Assembly (NCBI RefSeq): GCF_963921235.1
Contig: NC_086101.1
Location: 15,934,001-15,998,000, forward strand
DNA from: Mobula hypostoma
Lineage: Eukaryota
Reading direction: 5' to 3'
Length of the DNA stretch: 64,000 nucleotides
The notes under the pieces were generated by a model. That model saw only the letters and a list, made by a program, of their open reading frames with translations, ran no database searches and had not been told where the DNA came from. The position numbers were made by a program, and so were the translations under genes. This document shows, one piece after another, positions 46,434 through 59,167 of the stretch (positions within the stretch are counted from its first letter, which is position 1; every line of letters begins with the position of its first letter).

Positions 46434-48500
46434 CGTTGCTCCACTAAAGCAGAGGAGATATTTAGTGTTCGCTACTTCTCCCTTCTTACAGCCGCGCCTC
46501 CTCGTGCAACCTGTTGGAAAATTGGGAGGAATTAAGTACTGTCCACTGGATTTTTCCAGTTGATTTCCAAATCACCGGAACGAGCTGGATAAACCACTAG
46601 GAGAGTTACAAAGAGATTAGAAGCGGGGGAAGCGTGACAGTAAGCACTTCACTGATGTTAGGGACGCTCAGCGATGAGCCACGTCCTCTTCTTGGTAAGA
46701 TGCCCTTTTGGACTGACAGATTCCAAACACAGTTTCACGTTCAAATCCCTCACCGCGCAGCGCGCGAAGAAGGCAATTCAGCCCACGCCGATCGCCGGCT
46801 CTACTCCAGTGCTGACTGGGCTACACATTCTCCCCAATTACCCTTCCACTCCTCCCGTAATTCGCTCCCACACCTGAGACAATTCCCAGATGCAATCCAC
46901 AAGTCGTAGGGACGCGGAATGAATCGTAGCTCCCGGCGGTGTCGGGGGAGTCCACACGGCTGGTGCACCCGCAGGGAAACAGGTGGAATATGCAAACTCC
47001 ACCCATAAAAACTGCACCAAAGTTAGGGGTCGAACCCGTGTCGCAGGAGCTGCGAGAAAACAGCGCTAACATTTGCGGCAATGGTTTTTCGTATTAAACC
47101 GAAATGGTTAACGAAAGCTTGCGAAACTGTCGTATCTCAGTTAATGTAAATTATTTCGTATTTGACTTTAATCCCCACAACAACGTGTCACTTTAACGGA
47201 AGAGGTTAAATAATTGGTAACATATCAGTTGGTAATAGTGAAATGGGCTGTCCAGGGAGGGCGAGCACCTCTGCTGAAGCGGCTTGACCTCTCCATTCTG
47301 GGACAACTCACCTACCCTTGGGTTCCACCAGACGCTCAGCTCCAAGTTCCTGTCTGCATGCGAAAGCGGCCACATTCGGTTACACCGGTTCGACAGGCGG
47401 GCTAAACCAGGTGAAGACAGCCGGTGGACCTCATACTCGAGTGAGATAGGGAAATCCCTGTCCTATCATACGAAGGAAACTAATGGAAATCTATTCAATG
47501 GGAAACAGAATTAATATTGATCTCATCCGCCGGACTGGACAGATGTGATCAACAGTGAGATCCAACAGCCAGGAAGGCCGTTCTGCAACTCTCCATGGAC
47601 AGCGCACGGCATGACAAGGCACGGAAGATGTCATGGTCACCCACTACAACCAAGGAAGACCCCAGTTTGTGTCGACTACTCGTACCACTGCACCCGGACA
47701 TCCGAGGGTAAGAGTGTGGAACTGCTCCTGTTAACTTTCCCACGTTAGAAACCCCGCGCGGGTCTCCTGTGATTGTTGGTACGCCGGAAAACCGCCAACA
47801 AACGATCGCGTCGTTCACACCTCTTGACGGAATAGATAAAACAATTAAGATAGCATATTGTAGATTTTGGAAATATGAAATAAAAACAGAAAATGCTTTA
47901 AAAAACTCAGCAAGTCACGCAGCATCTGCGAAAAGAGAAACAATTAATATTTCTATCCTGAGTCACAGCGAGATGTTAACGTTTCCGTTTTGCCTGAAGG
48001 ATCTCAGAACTGTAAACATTAACTGTAATTTCCATTCCATGGACCCCCACTATTTCCTGTTTTATTGGGAATTAGGAAAGGTTCCACAATTCGATGCAGT
48101 CCACAATCCGCAAAGGAATGGAAATTACAGAACTTTTATATCGTCGAAGACAAATTCTCCCCGATCCCTCCCGGAAAAGCTAATAATTAATAAAAATTTA
48201 GTTCTAATTCTACCTTTGCTCTCTATCAGGTAAATTATCCGAGACCCCACATGCGTCCGAGATGACAACTCCCTGCCGATAAATCCGGCTTGCTTTCAGA
48301 TGTCAACTAACTTTGCAGTAGATCTTTACCCCACTCCCACCCTTGCCTGTCTCACAGCGTCCGGTTTCCGGCCGCCTGTAAAACTAGTCGCTCAGCGTTC
48401 GGCAGCTGCGGTAGCGGTGTGAAGAGCTGATGCAGGCAAACCGCCCGCTCCGTGCTCAGCCCAGCGAGAAGCAGCTCTAACTCACCGCACCACCGAGTAT
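46434..48500. promoter_or_regulatory. CpG-rich region upstream of the leader; putative promoter
   Basis: Visibly more CG dinucleotides than the flanks. ETS-like ccggaa motifs (about 46574; about 48361-48372 on the minus strand) and an NF-kB-consensus GGGAAATCCC at 47449-47458. Part of the CpG content comes from repeats. Confidence 0.4.
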
Positions 48501-48950
48501 AGGATTATAGGAAGGATGAGGAGAGGGTGAAAAATAGGTTTACCGGGATTCTGGCTAGATTAGATGGCTTCATAAGTTTTGCGTTATATTATGAGGACAG
48601 ACTAGACTAGTCAAGCGTGTACGATATGCACTATATTATCAAAGGCATTGATAGGGTAGGTATTAATAAACTTCACAAAGGCAGAGGTGTCTTATACCGG
48701 AGAGAATGGGTTTAAGGAGAAGAGTAAGCGAAGATCTGAGTGAGATTTTTTTTTTGCTTAAGAGGATGCTTGGAACCTGGGATACAATGTCTGAGGGGTG
48801 GTGGAGGCAGACACTCTCACTACATTGAAGAAGCATTTGGATGAGTGTGAACTGTAAAGGGGGAGAAGGTTGCAGACCACATGCTGGTATGATGGGCTGA
48901 GTACAGAATGCTACTTTATAGATATGATGGAACAAAGGAGCTCTGTGCTG
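48500..48950 (+). mobile_element. Decayed CR1 3' fragment
   Basis: gaaggatgaggagagggtg...aggtttaccgggatt...tggaacctggga UTR pattern. Confidence 0.6.
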
Positions 48951-49014
48951 AGTGATTCTGTGGGTCACAGTCATGCACACACTCCTACACACAAATATAC
49001 ACGCTCATTCAGAA

Positions 49015-49056
49015 ACACACAGACATACACACAAACACACACACACACACACACAC
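49015..49056. repeat. (CA)n microsatellite
   Basis: Direct observation; a further CA-rich tract at 49595-49745. Confidence 0.85.
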
Positions 49057-49064
49057 AAACTGTT

Positions 49065-49540
49065 ACAAGCAGCGACTGAAGTGCACCTAAGTGCAGGACA
49101 CAGGTACGGAGATAGGGTTGAGAGGTCCTTGCACCGTCGCGAAAGTGGAACAGATAGCCAGGAGGATTCTTGACACGGAGACGGGGTTTTCATTGAATAA
49201 CTTGTGTTCGGTCGGAGGGCACAAGGGGCGGACGGAAACCGGTTTTAATTGGGAAACGTGAAATGTAGGATGGATGTGTATAGATTTAGGCAGTTTGAGT
49301 CGAACCGCCATGGGGTCACTCAACCTGTCTAGACGGGGTTTTCATGGAATATCTTGAAGCTAGACCTGAACTTAGAACTAACGGTTCTAAGCGGTCGGGA
49401 GACGAAGTTTTCACACGGGAATAGACCAACGAACTGGCGACCCCTGGCTGTGACGCCAGAGTTCTTAACTTGCGGTCTCTGATGGAAACCAGATGTGCTG
49501 TAATTAAGTGAACTAGCAGCAACTGGGAATCTAATGACTA
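49065..49540 (-). mobile_element. Gypsy integrase C-terminus / chromodomain remnant
   Basis: AVRLKLPKSIHIHPTFHVSQLKPV, typical of the pre-chromodomain region of Gypsy integrases. Confidence 0.7.
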
Positions 49541-50670
49541 GAATTAATGTATAATCAAGGAGATAGGAGCGAGATGGTGGACAGCCAGTCGGGACCATGA
49601 CACAAACATACACACTCAAACACAAACACACGCAGAAATATACAAATACACACACACTTACATAAATATACGCACTCATACGTACACACGTGCACACAGT
49701 CATTCACAACAGACACACACTCAATATACAAACATATACGTCACACTGATTTTACTGTTGGAAGTTATTCACATGGAGTCCGGCGTTTACTTACAGGACA
49801 AATTTATTTTGCTTTAACCAGACGTCAATCAGAGAGTCACTCCTCCTGGGGCGAATGCTCTCCGATCCAAAGCTTCCATCGTTCCCATGCTCTGACTGAT
49901 CTACATGAGCCCACTCTCTCCACCCCGCATGCGCTGTGTATACCCGAGTGAGGTAAAGCTTTGTTCATTGAGGAGCTTCGGTGCCTGGGTACCGCTGTGT
50001 GAGCTGCGAGCAGCTCCGTCGTTAACTTAAACATACAATGGTAAGGTCCTGCCCCGGAGTTTATGGGATAGTTGCAAAAACAGTTATAGGAGGTATCGGC
50101 GCCCTTAACGCACATTAAGATGGGGAAATACCCTAAGCCTGATCAAGTGCATTCTTGGATCTCATGTGAAGCTACGGAAGAAATTGCAGAGGCACTTGCA
50201 AAGATTCTTGGATCCTCCTTACCTACGGGAGAGGTTCCAAAGGACTAGAGGATGGCTAAGGTTCATTCATAGGGGCAGAAAAGACAAAAGATTAAAGATT
50301 GGTTTCACCTATCACATGGACATCGAAACATACAGTGAAATGCATCGCGTGCGTCAATTCATACCAGCGAGGATTGTCGCCACGCTTCGGGGGCTAGCTT
50401 AGCATGCCAATAACTCAGTAAGCCGAGCAATAACTGCACGCCTTTGGAATGCCGGAGGAAATCGGCGTGCCCGTAGGAAACCCACATGGTTTCCTTGCTG
50501 ACAGTGGTGGTAATCGTACTCCGATCTAACAGCTAATCATGACGTTACTCTGCCAAGTGAGCCTAACATCGGAGGTGATAAAATATTGGAATTAAATCTG
50601 ATGGACGGGATCTACCAGCATTTAGATAAACAGGACTGATTAGCTTTATGTGTGGTAAATGACATCTCAC

Positions 50671-52006
50671 TCTCATGGTGCGGTCCGTAAATTCCACATT
50701 CCAGTTCATGGTCCGGTCCATCGATCCTTATTCCAGGTTTTCCGGTTTCCCCCAGGTTCCATTGGGTTCCATAATTGAGGCACCTGATTCGCTTTTTGGG
50801 TTGGCACATAAATACCTCTGCAAACCAAGAATTCCCTACTGGACAGTTCCCTCCCCTTCCTTCTGAAACCCTCGCCTGAAATCTCGTCAGTATCGCTGTC
50901 AAGTCCAGGCGCCCGTGTTCCAGCCCTGTCAACGTCTGAGCTTCCTGTCCTCATGCAGTTCTGGTGCCTCTTCCAGTCCATGTTTCTCGCCCAGCCCGGG
51001 ATTACCTCGCCCAGCCCAGGAGTACCTCGCCCAGACCAGGAGTACCTCGCACAGCCCAGGAATACCTCGCCCAGCCCAGGATTACCTCGCCCAGCCCAGG
51101 ATTACCTCGCCCAGCCCAGGATTACCTCGCCCAGCCCGGTGCTGGAGATTCCTCATCCTGTGCTGGATCGTCCCCATCCGAATCCTCGGCAGTTCACCTG
51201 GACAGTTTACCTCGGCAGTTGACCTTGTCAGTCGTCCTGGCCCTGCGTCCTAAAAAGGGTCCTGGCCCTGCGTCCTAGGAAGCATCCAGGCGCTGCGTCC
51301 AAGAATGGGTCCCAGCCCTGCGAAAGCATCCCGGCCCTGCGTCCTAGGAGGAGTCCCGGCTCCGCACCCAAGAGCCTAACCAAGCCGAGTCCAAGAGCCC
51401 AGCCAAACCTAATCCAAGAGCCTCGTCCTGCCCTGGAGTACCTCGTCCAGTCCATGTGCAAGGCTCTGAGTGTCCAGTCAAAGTCCAAGGCTCTGTGTTT
51501 CTGTGTTCCAAGACCAAGTCCCGGTTCCGTGTTCCAGCCCCGTCCAAATCTGAGCTTCCTGTCCTCGTCCTGTGCTGGAGATCCATGTCCAGTCCTTGAG
51601 TACCTCGTCCTGTGCTGGAGTACCTCGTCCTGTCCTGTAGCCTCGTCCTGTCCTTGCCAAGATCCTAGTACCGAGTCCTTGCCCACAGCCGGGTTCCTGT
51701 TCCGAGTCAAGACCCAGGTTCTGAGTCCCAACCAAGACCCAGGTTCCGGGTCCTTGTCCAGACTCTGGTTCCGAGTTCCATCTTCCTAGTCCAGGCTCCT
51801 TGTTCCTAGTTCCACGTCCGTGTCCCGTATTTCTAACCCAAGTCCGAGCCCAGGCCCTGAATCCTAGTGTCGTCCAGGGCCTGTGTTAATGTCTAGAGTC
51901 TTTTCTTCCTGACTCACCTTGCTGTCTTGATAATTCTAGTGCTGTTCCTGGTACTTCTGCGACTGTGTCTTGCATTTGGGTCCGCTACCAGCGCCACTTT
52001 GCAACA
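50671..52006 (+). mobile_element. Solo LTR with internal tandem arrays, 5-bp TSD ctcac, inserted in a CR1
   Basis: Starts tctcatggtgcggtccg and ends ttgggtccgcta...gcaaca, like the LTRs at 56560 and 57792. ctcac at 50666-50670 and 52007-52011. Confidence 0.8.
50981..51140. repeat. 20-bp tandem array (attacctcgcccagcccagg) x8
   Basis: Direct observation; a ~21-bp array follows at about 51235-51350. Confidence 0.95.
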
Positions 52007-52009
52007 CTC

Positions 52010-53860
52010 ACAACTCTATTAGAAATTATAAAAGAAGTAATCAAGAGGACTGATGAGGGCAAAGTGGTGGATGTGGTCTATATGAACTTTAGCAAGACCT
52101 TTGATGAGGTCCCTTGTGGAAGGCTTGGGATCCGGGGTGAGAGAGCTAAGTGGATTCATCATTGATAGGAAGCAGAAGCTAATAGTGGAAGGTTGCTTTC
52201 CGGACTGGAGGTCTGTGACTAGTGATGTCCCACAGGTGCGCCCATTGTTGTTCATCATTTACATCAACAACTCGGTTGAGAATGGTTAGTTTGCACTTGA
52301 CACCAAAATAGCTGTTACCATAGGCAGTGCAGAAGATTATGAAGAACAACAGGGTTTCTTGATCAGCTGACTAAATAGGAAAAGTTATATTGACGAATAG
52401 CGTTGAATTCAATTTTGTATGCTGTTTTGCATTTTAACCAAGGTCGAACTTTCACAGTTAGTGGCTGGTCGCTGGGGAGTGCTGTAGAACAGAGGGACCG
52501 AGGAATACAAATACATAGTTCCCTGAAAGTAACGTCACCGGGAGACAAGGAGGTGAAGAAGGTATTTGGCACACAGAATCAGAGTTGAAATTTCAACTTG
52601 CAGTTGTGCAAGACATTGATAAGGCTGCACCTCTTTTGGTCACCCCGCTGTCGGATAAGCTATCAGGTGGCGGGAAGGAGGTACATCTGCCAGTCGCCCT
52701 GGGCAAGGTGTAGCACCTGCGTAGCACCCCGCCCCCCCCAAATTCCCACCGTCCCCTGAATCAGAGTCATATGAAGCCATGGGAGCAGGTGGTGGTGATG
52801 GTCATATGGGCTGCTGGTACATATCAAAAGTCCTGGCAATGCGCCCACTAACGCCAGGCAATCAATCTCTGAAGATACTGGAGTTACCCATTTTATGATG
52901 ATGGAATAGATGGCTTTGTTACCAAGGCTACAGATGATATGAAGATTGGTGGAGTGGCTAGTAGATGTTGAGGAAACAGGCAGGCTGCAGAAGGACTTAG
53001 ACAGATTAGGAGAATGGGCAAGAAAGTGACAAATGAAATACAATGTTGGAAAATGCATGGTCACGCATCTGTAGTAGAAATAAATGTGCAGACTATTTCC
53101 TGAATGGGGAGAAAATCCAAACTGTAAGACACAAAAGGAATTGGGAATCCTTGTGCAGAGCACCCTAAAGGGTAACTTGCAGGTTGAATCGGCGGTGAGG
53201 AAAGCAGATTCAATCTTAGCATTTATTTCAAGAAGTCCAGAATACAAGAGCAAGGATGTGATACTGAGGCTTTATAAGGCACTGGTGAGGTTTCACCTCG
53301 AGTATTGTGAACGGTTTGCGGCTCCTCCTCGAAGAAAAGATGCCCTAGCCTTGCAGAGGGTCCAGAGGAGGTTCACAAGGATGATTTCAGGAATGAAAGG
53401 GTTACTTTTCGAGGAACATTTGATGGCTCTGGGTCTGTACTCGCTGGAATGCAGGATGAGGGGGAATCTCATTGAAACCTTTTCAATATTGAAAGATCTA
53501 GGCAGACGAATTGTTGAAAAGATGTTCCCCATGATGGGGGAGGCTAGGACAACAGGGCACAGCCTGAGGATAGAGGATCGTCCATTTAAAACAGAGATTT
53601 CTGTTGGAAATTTCTTTAGGCAGCGGGTGGGGAATTTGTGGAATTTGTTTCCACAGGCATCTGTCGAGGCCAGGTATTTTGATATGGTTAAAGCAGAATT
53701 TAATAGGTTCTTGATTAGACATGGAATCAAAGGTTACTGGGAGAAAGCCGGGGAGTGGGGCTGAGGAAGGAAACAAAGGATCAGCCAAGATTAACGGCGA
53801 GGCAGACTTGGTGGGCCAAATGGCTTAATTATGCTCCTCTGTCTAATGGTCTGATGGTCT
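52010..53860 (+). mobile_element. CR1 fragments (two copies), with a small insert at about 52660-52890
   Basis: VVYMNFSKTFDEVP; ORF 53084-53764 LRLYKALVRFHLEYC...LYSLEC. Confidence 0.85.
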
Positions 53861-54029
53861 TGTACATACTTGGCATCAAAGAAGTCAATGGCAAACCACT
53901 TCCGTAGAAAAATTTAGCAAGAACAATCATGGTCATGGAAAGACCACGAGCGCCCACGTTATACAAAACGGCGCATAATGATGGTTATTCCCCAGGAAAG
54001 ACTTCGTTAAGCAGAAAAAGAAATGAAAA

Positions 54030-54410
54030 CAATATTTGCCAGGACGACAGAGGCTGTGTTACAGGGAGAGGTGAGACACGATAGAACTTTATTCCTTGGA
54101 ACGTAGGAGACTGACGGGTGATGTTAAAGAGGTGTATAGAATCACGAGTGCGTAGATAGGATGAACGCCAACAATCTTTTATCCAACGGAAAGGGACCCA
54201 AAATCTAGAGGCCATAGATTTAAAGTGAGAGGGCAATAGGGAGAATATGGAATGAGCTGTCAAAGGAAATGATTGAGGCGAGTACAATCGCAAAATTTAA
54301 AAGACCGTTGGATAGGAAAGGGTGAGAGGCAGATGGCCCAAACATGGGTAAACATGATTAGTTTAGAAGAACATTTTCGTCTGTATGGACCAGGTATTCT
54401 GAAGGGCCTG
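54030..54410 (+). mobile_element. CR1 3' fragment
   Basis: tttattccttggaacgtaggagactgacggg and the 3' UTR. Confidence 0.65.
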
Positions 54411-54659
54411 GCTGTTTGTTGTATGACTCGATAACACTGTAGTTCACGGTGGCCTGCAGCTTGTGGTCCGGGTAGCTTGAAACGGATCCCAGTAGCCCTG
54501 GCTGGTACCTAACCTGAGACTTCCAGGCGACAGAGTTTCAGAGAGGAGCAAACAAAAGTGCCTCGCTAATTTTCCACCCCTCCAGAGGTGTCCCGGTGTC
54601 CCCTGCTGCACAGATCCACAGAGTATATCCTTCCTGGTCCTGGTAACATCCTCTCCCTC

Positions 54660-54850
54660 ATATATATACACATGCATATCTCTCTGCTACAGGTACACAC
54701 ACGCATACAGATTATCCACAGAACCATCTCCTCCTTAACGATTCTTTCTCTTTCTCACACACATACACACATTCATAAACAGAACTCGCATTCATAGACA
54801 CACGCACACACACACATTCACTCTTTTCTCTCTCTCTCTGTGTCTCTCTC
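54660..54850. repeat. (CA)/(CT) microsatellite-rich tract
   Basis: Direct observation. Confidence 0.8.
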
Positions 54851-55279
54851 TGTTTTCCGGTGGACAATGAGCACAAAATGTGACCCGCTCACACTTTCAC
54901 GGATGGTACAGCATGTGCCTGATATGAGTAAGTTGGTGCGTGTTTGTGAACAGGGATATATAGATACTGACAGATGGACACATAATCACCCCCCACAGCC
55001 CCCACCCCCCGCTCCCCCAAGATAATTACATAAATATTGTAGTATGTTCACACAGACAGGCTTCGCACGTGTAATACGTGATGCTATTAATATAGATGTA
55101 TTCACGCTTCACGCTGCCAAAAATACCTGCCGCTTTGTTATAAAGTCTGCTGAGCCACTCGTATGATATAAAGCCTTTGAGCTGACACATTTATTCGTAC
55201 CGAACAGAGTTCAATGCTGACTAGTAGCTGTTGCGACGCTTCTGGTATCGGTCTCTACAGTTCGTTTGCGTTCAACAGA

Positions 55280-56425
55280 TGCATGGAGATGCATTTCAAG
55301 TTCCCAGGTGTGAAGATGTCGGAAGATCTCACCTAGTCCCGAAATACCGATGCAGCTGTAAGGAAGGCAAGACAGCGGAAATATTGCATTTGGAGTTTGA
55401 AGAGATTTGGTTTGTCAACAAAAACACTCGAAACAATCTATAGATACACTGCGGAGAGTATTCTGACAGGCTGCGTTACATTCTGGAATGCGGCGGGGGG
55501 GGGGCGCGGGTGGCGGCGGCCGCACAGGACTTATGGTAATTTATAATATGTACAACAGGCCAGTCAATATAACACAGAAATTCAATTGTATCAGCATGAA
55601 TTAATCAGTTTGATGGCCTGGTGGAAGAAGCTGACCCAAAGCCTGTTAGTCCTGGCTTCACCGACGACCTCGCTTGGTCTGTGCACACCAGCTCTGTGGT
55701 GAAAAAGGCAAAACGGTGCCTCTTTCATCTCAGACGTTTGAGGAAGTTTGGTACGGGCTCCTAAATCCTAACAACTTTCTACAGGAGCACAATTGGGAGC
55801 ATCCTGACTGGCTGCATCATTGCCTGGTATGGGAAAGATACCTCTCTTTTTCGCAGCAATCTGCTGATAGTGGTGCGGACGGCCCAGCGCATCTGTGGTT
55901 GTGAACTTCCTATGATTCAGGAAATCTACAAGACCAGGTGTGTATAAAGGGCCCGTGCGATCACTGGGGACCCAAGCCAACCCAACCACAATCTATTCCG
56001 GCTGCTACCATCCGGGAAGCGGTACTGCAACCGAAAAGCCAGGACCAACAGTTTCTGATACAGCTTCTTCCCTCAGACTGATGAACGCACGCTAACTTGA
56101 GTGTACAGTATATTGCATCGCCTGTTCTATTTATTATAAATTACTACCATTGCACATTGTACATTTAGATGCAGATGTAACGTAAAGACTTTTACTGCTC
56201 ATGTATGTGAAAAATGCAAGAAATAAAGTCAGTTCAATTCAATTTTGTGCTGCAGTGCCGTTTCCTGGAAGGTAGCAGCTAGAACAGTTTGTGGTTGGGG
56301 TGATTCGGGTCTCCAATGACCCTTCGGGCCCTTTTTACACACCTATCTTGGTAAATGTCCTGAATAGTGGGAAGTTCACATCTGCAGATGCGCTGGCCTG
56401 TCCGCACCACTCTCTGCAGAGTCCT
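55280..56425. mobile_element. Interleaved Rex-Babar-like 3' fragments on both strands
   Basis: The plus-strand copy 55650-56240 ends aataaagtcagttcaattcaatt; 55510-55650 and 56240-56425 are minus-strand pieces of the same family. Confidence 0.7.
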
Positions 56426-56426
56426 C

Positions 56427-59167
56427 TGTTACGTGCCAGCAGCAATAGATATGAAATTAAGTTGGGTTTTTATAGATAAACAACGAAATTTATTAACCTC
56501 GACTGAAAAACATACCAAAGTAAACAAACGACTAACTTAAATGGACGTTAACAATGCTGTGTCATGGTCCGGTCCGTGAAATCCGTATTCGGGTTCACGG
56601 TCCGGTCCGTCGACCCTTGCTCTAGGTTTTTCCTGTCCGCCCGGTTTCTGTTCCTGTTAAGCACTAATTAAGGCAGCTGATGCCTGTTGGGGCTGGCTGC
56701 ATAAATACCTTCAGAGACCCAGGCGCGGCTACTGGATTGTTCTTGTCCTTGCTCCTTGTATCTCTTCCTCTGCCTTCTGTTTCCTCGCCTGGAGCCTAGC
56801 CTTGTCTTGCCGGTAACTCTCGCCTCGCCTGAAGTTCTCGTCTCGCCTTGCATTGCCTGAAGCCTTGCCTTGTCTTGCTGGTGCTCTCGCCTCGTCTCGC
56901 CTGCAGTCTTGTCCTGGAGCAACCCTATACCTAGCTCCCTTCCTGTCCCTTGCCTCCACCCAGGTAAGCCAGGCCGTCTTGCCGTTACCTGTGGTTGGTT
57001 CTGTCCCTTCCTGTCCCTTGCCCCTGTCGGGTGGTGATCCACGCCCTGCCCAGGAGTACCGCACCTTGCCTAGGAGGAGCCTGCCTAGCCTCAAGCCTGA
57101 AGACTGCAGCCTCCTGCCTCCTGCCAAGCCTTGCCTCTAGCCTCAAGCCTGAAGACTCCAGTCTCCTGCCTCCTGCCAAGCCTTGCCTCTAGCCTCAAGC
57201 CTGAAGACTCCAGCCTCCTGCCTCCTGCCAAGCCTCGCCTCTAGCCTCAAGTCCGAAGACTGTAGCCTCCTGCCAAGTCTCGCCTCTAGCCTCAAGCCTG
57301 AAGACTCCAGCCTCCTGCCTCCTGCCAAGTCTCGCCTCTAGCCTCAAGCCTGAAGACTCCAGCCTCATCCTGCCTGCCTGCCAAGCCTTGTCCTTGCCTG
57401 GTTCTGGGGTACGAGCCAGAGGCAAGACCCAGGTAGTGGGTCCTTGTCCAGTCTCTGGCTCGGAGTCCAAGCCCGGGCTCCTAGCTCTCTTGTCCAGTCC
57501 TGTTCCAGGTTCCAGGTTTTCGTGTCCATGTCCTTACCCTCAGCCTGTATCCTAGTCCTGTCCCTAGTCCTTCAGTGTCTGTCTCTTGCACTTGGGTCTG
57601 TTCCCAGCCACGCCTGTATGAAAGAACGATCCAGCCAACCATGGACCCAGCGACACAGACACTGTCGTTTTCCTCTTGCCACCCGGGGTTGCTTTCTGTT
57701 AAATACCCTCTCACCCGCCCAGGTCTTCCATAGTCTGTATTCCCTGTTTGGTCGCAAGGAGGCTCCCGTAAGGGGGAGGGGGGGGGATTACTATCATGTT
57801 CCGGTCCGTGAAATCCGTATTCCAGTTCACAGTCTGGTCCATCCACCCTTCCTCCAGGTTTTCCTGTCTACCCTGTTTCTGTTCCTGTTAAGCACTAATA
57901 TAGGCAGCTGATGCCTGTTGGGGCTGGCTGCATAAATACCTTCAGAGACCCAGGCGTGTCTGCTAGATTGTTCTTGTCCTTACTCCTTGTATCCCTTCTC
58001 TTGCCTTCTGTTCCTGGCCTGTAGTCCTGCCTTGTCTTGCTGGTAACTCTCGCCTTGCCTGAAGTTCTCATCCCGCCTTGCATTGCCTGAAGCCTTGCTT
58101 TGTCTTGCTGGTACTCTCGCCTCTTCTCGCCTGCAGTCTTGTCCTGGAGCCACCCTGTACCTAGCTCCCTTCCTGTCCCTTGCCTCTTCCCAGGTAAGCC
58201 AGGCCGTCTTGCCATTACCTGTGGTTGGTTCTGTCCCTTCCTGTCCCTTGCCTCTGTCGGGTGGTGATCCGCGCCCTGCCCAGGAGGAGCCTGCCTAGCC
58301 TCAAGCCTGAAGACTGCAGCCTCCTGCCTCTTGCCAAGTCTCGCCTCTAGCCTTAAGCCTGAAGACTCCAGCCTCGTCCTGCCTGCCTGCCAAGCCTCGT
58401 CCTTGCCTGGTTCTGGGGTCTGAGCCAGAGGTAAGACTCAGGTACTGGGTCCTTGTCCAGTCTCTGGCTCTGAGTCCAAGCCCGGACTCCTAGCTCTCTT
58501 GTCCAGTCCTGTTCCAGGTTCCTGATTTTCGTGTCCATGTCCTTGCCCTCAGCCTGTATCCTAGTCCTGTCCCTAGTCCTTCAGTGTCTGTCTCTTGCAC
58601 TTGGGTCCGTTCCCAGCCACGCCCATATGGCATGCTGTGCGTCTATAGCTATCAAACAGTCGAACTTAGAGACAATTCTTAAGAGATCTTACTCAAGCAC
58701 AGTCTTAAACTGGTAGTCTAAAAGTCCAAGTGATTCATGAAATAAGTGAGGGGACAATCTTCATGAAACAGTGATGAGGCGATTCATGAAGAAACGAAGA
58801 ATACGTTGACGCCAATCCCAGCCGAGAAGTATCTTCTACGAAGAGTGAGTTTTCTCACAGTAACTGACCTTTCGCTGAAGTGGTCATGACGCATCACTCA
58901 AACCATGTAAGGGTTAACAAAAGTGCGCGCCATCTATGAATTATACCCAGTGTCATTCACACCCGAAATGCACCGAATGCCGATGATTAACCCCAGTCCT
59001 TTGGGTTCGACTGCAACTCCCCAACAAAGCAACTCCCAACAATCGGCGGTCCCTCTTTTTATACCAGTGGGATATGCAATCATGTGACGCTCACAGGTAA
59101 CAAGGTCATGGAACACTCACGGGAATCATGAGACACTCACGGGAATCGATAATGCTGACAAGTAACA
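56427..59167 (-). mobile_element. 3' LTR of a minus-strand Gypsy element (about 660 bp after removing the nested insert)
   Basis: Begins tgttac at 59167 directly after the PPT ttggggggagg and ends gtaaca at 56427. Sequence is continuous across the tgctg TSD. Confidence 0.8.
56560..58632 (+). mobile_element. Non-autonomous two-LTR element (TRIM-like) with a ~170-bp internal region
   Basis: LTRs 56560-57623 and 57792-58632; PBS-region-like gaacgatccagccaaccatggacccagcg; G-rich PPT at about 57770-57790; 5-bp TSD tgctg at 56555-56559 and 58633-58637. Confidence 0.88.

Noticed and set aside
47330-47760. Unique regulatory module containing the NF-kB site
   Set aside because: The segment looks like an interspersed repeat end, so the motif may be incidental; it is kept only as weak evidence.
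50915-51789. Pro/Ser-rich ORFs (SPSPGLPRPAQ repeats)
   Set aside because: Translations of tandem arrays inside a solo LTR.
56668-58716. Multiple overlapping ORFs
   Set aside because: Duplicated LTR sequence and 52-bp arrays; no domains.
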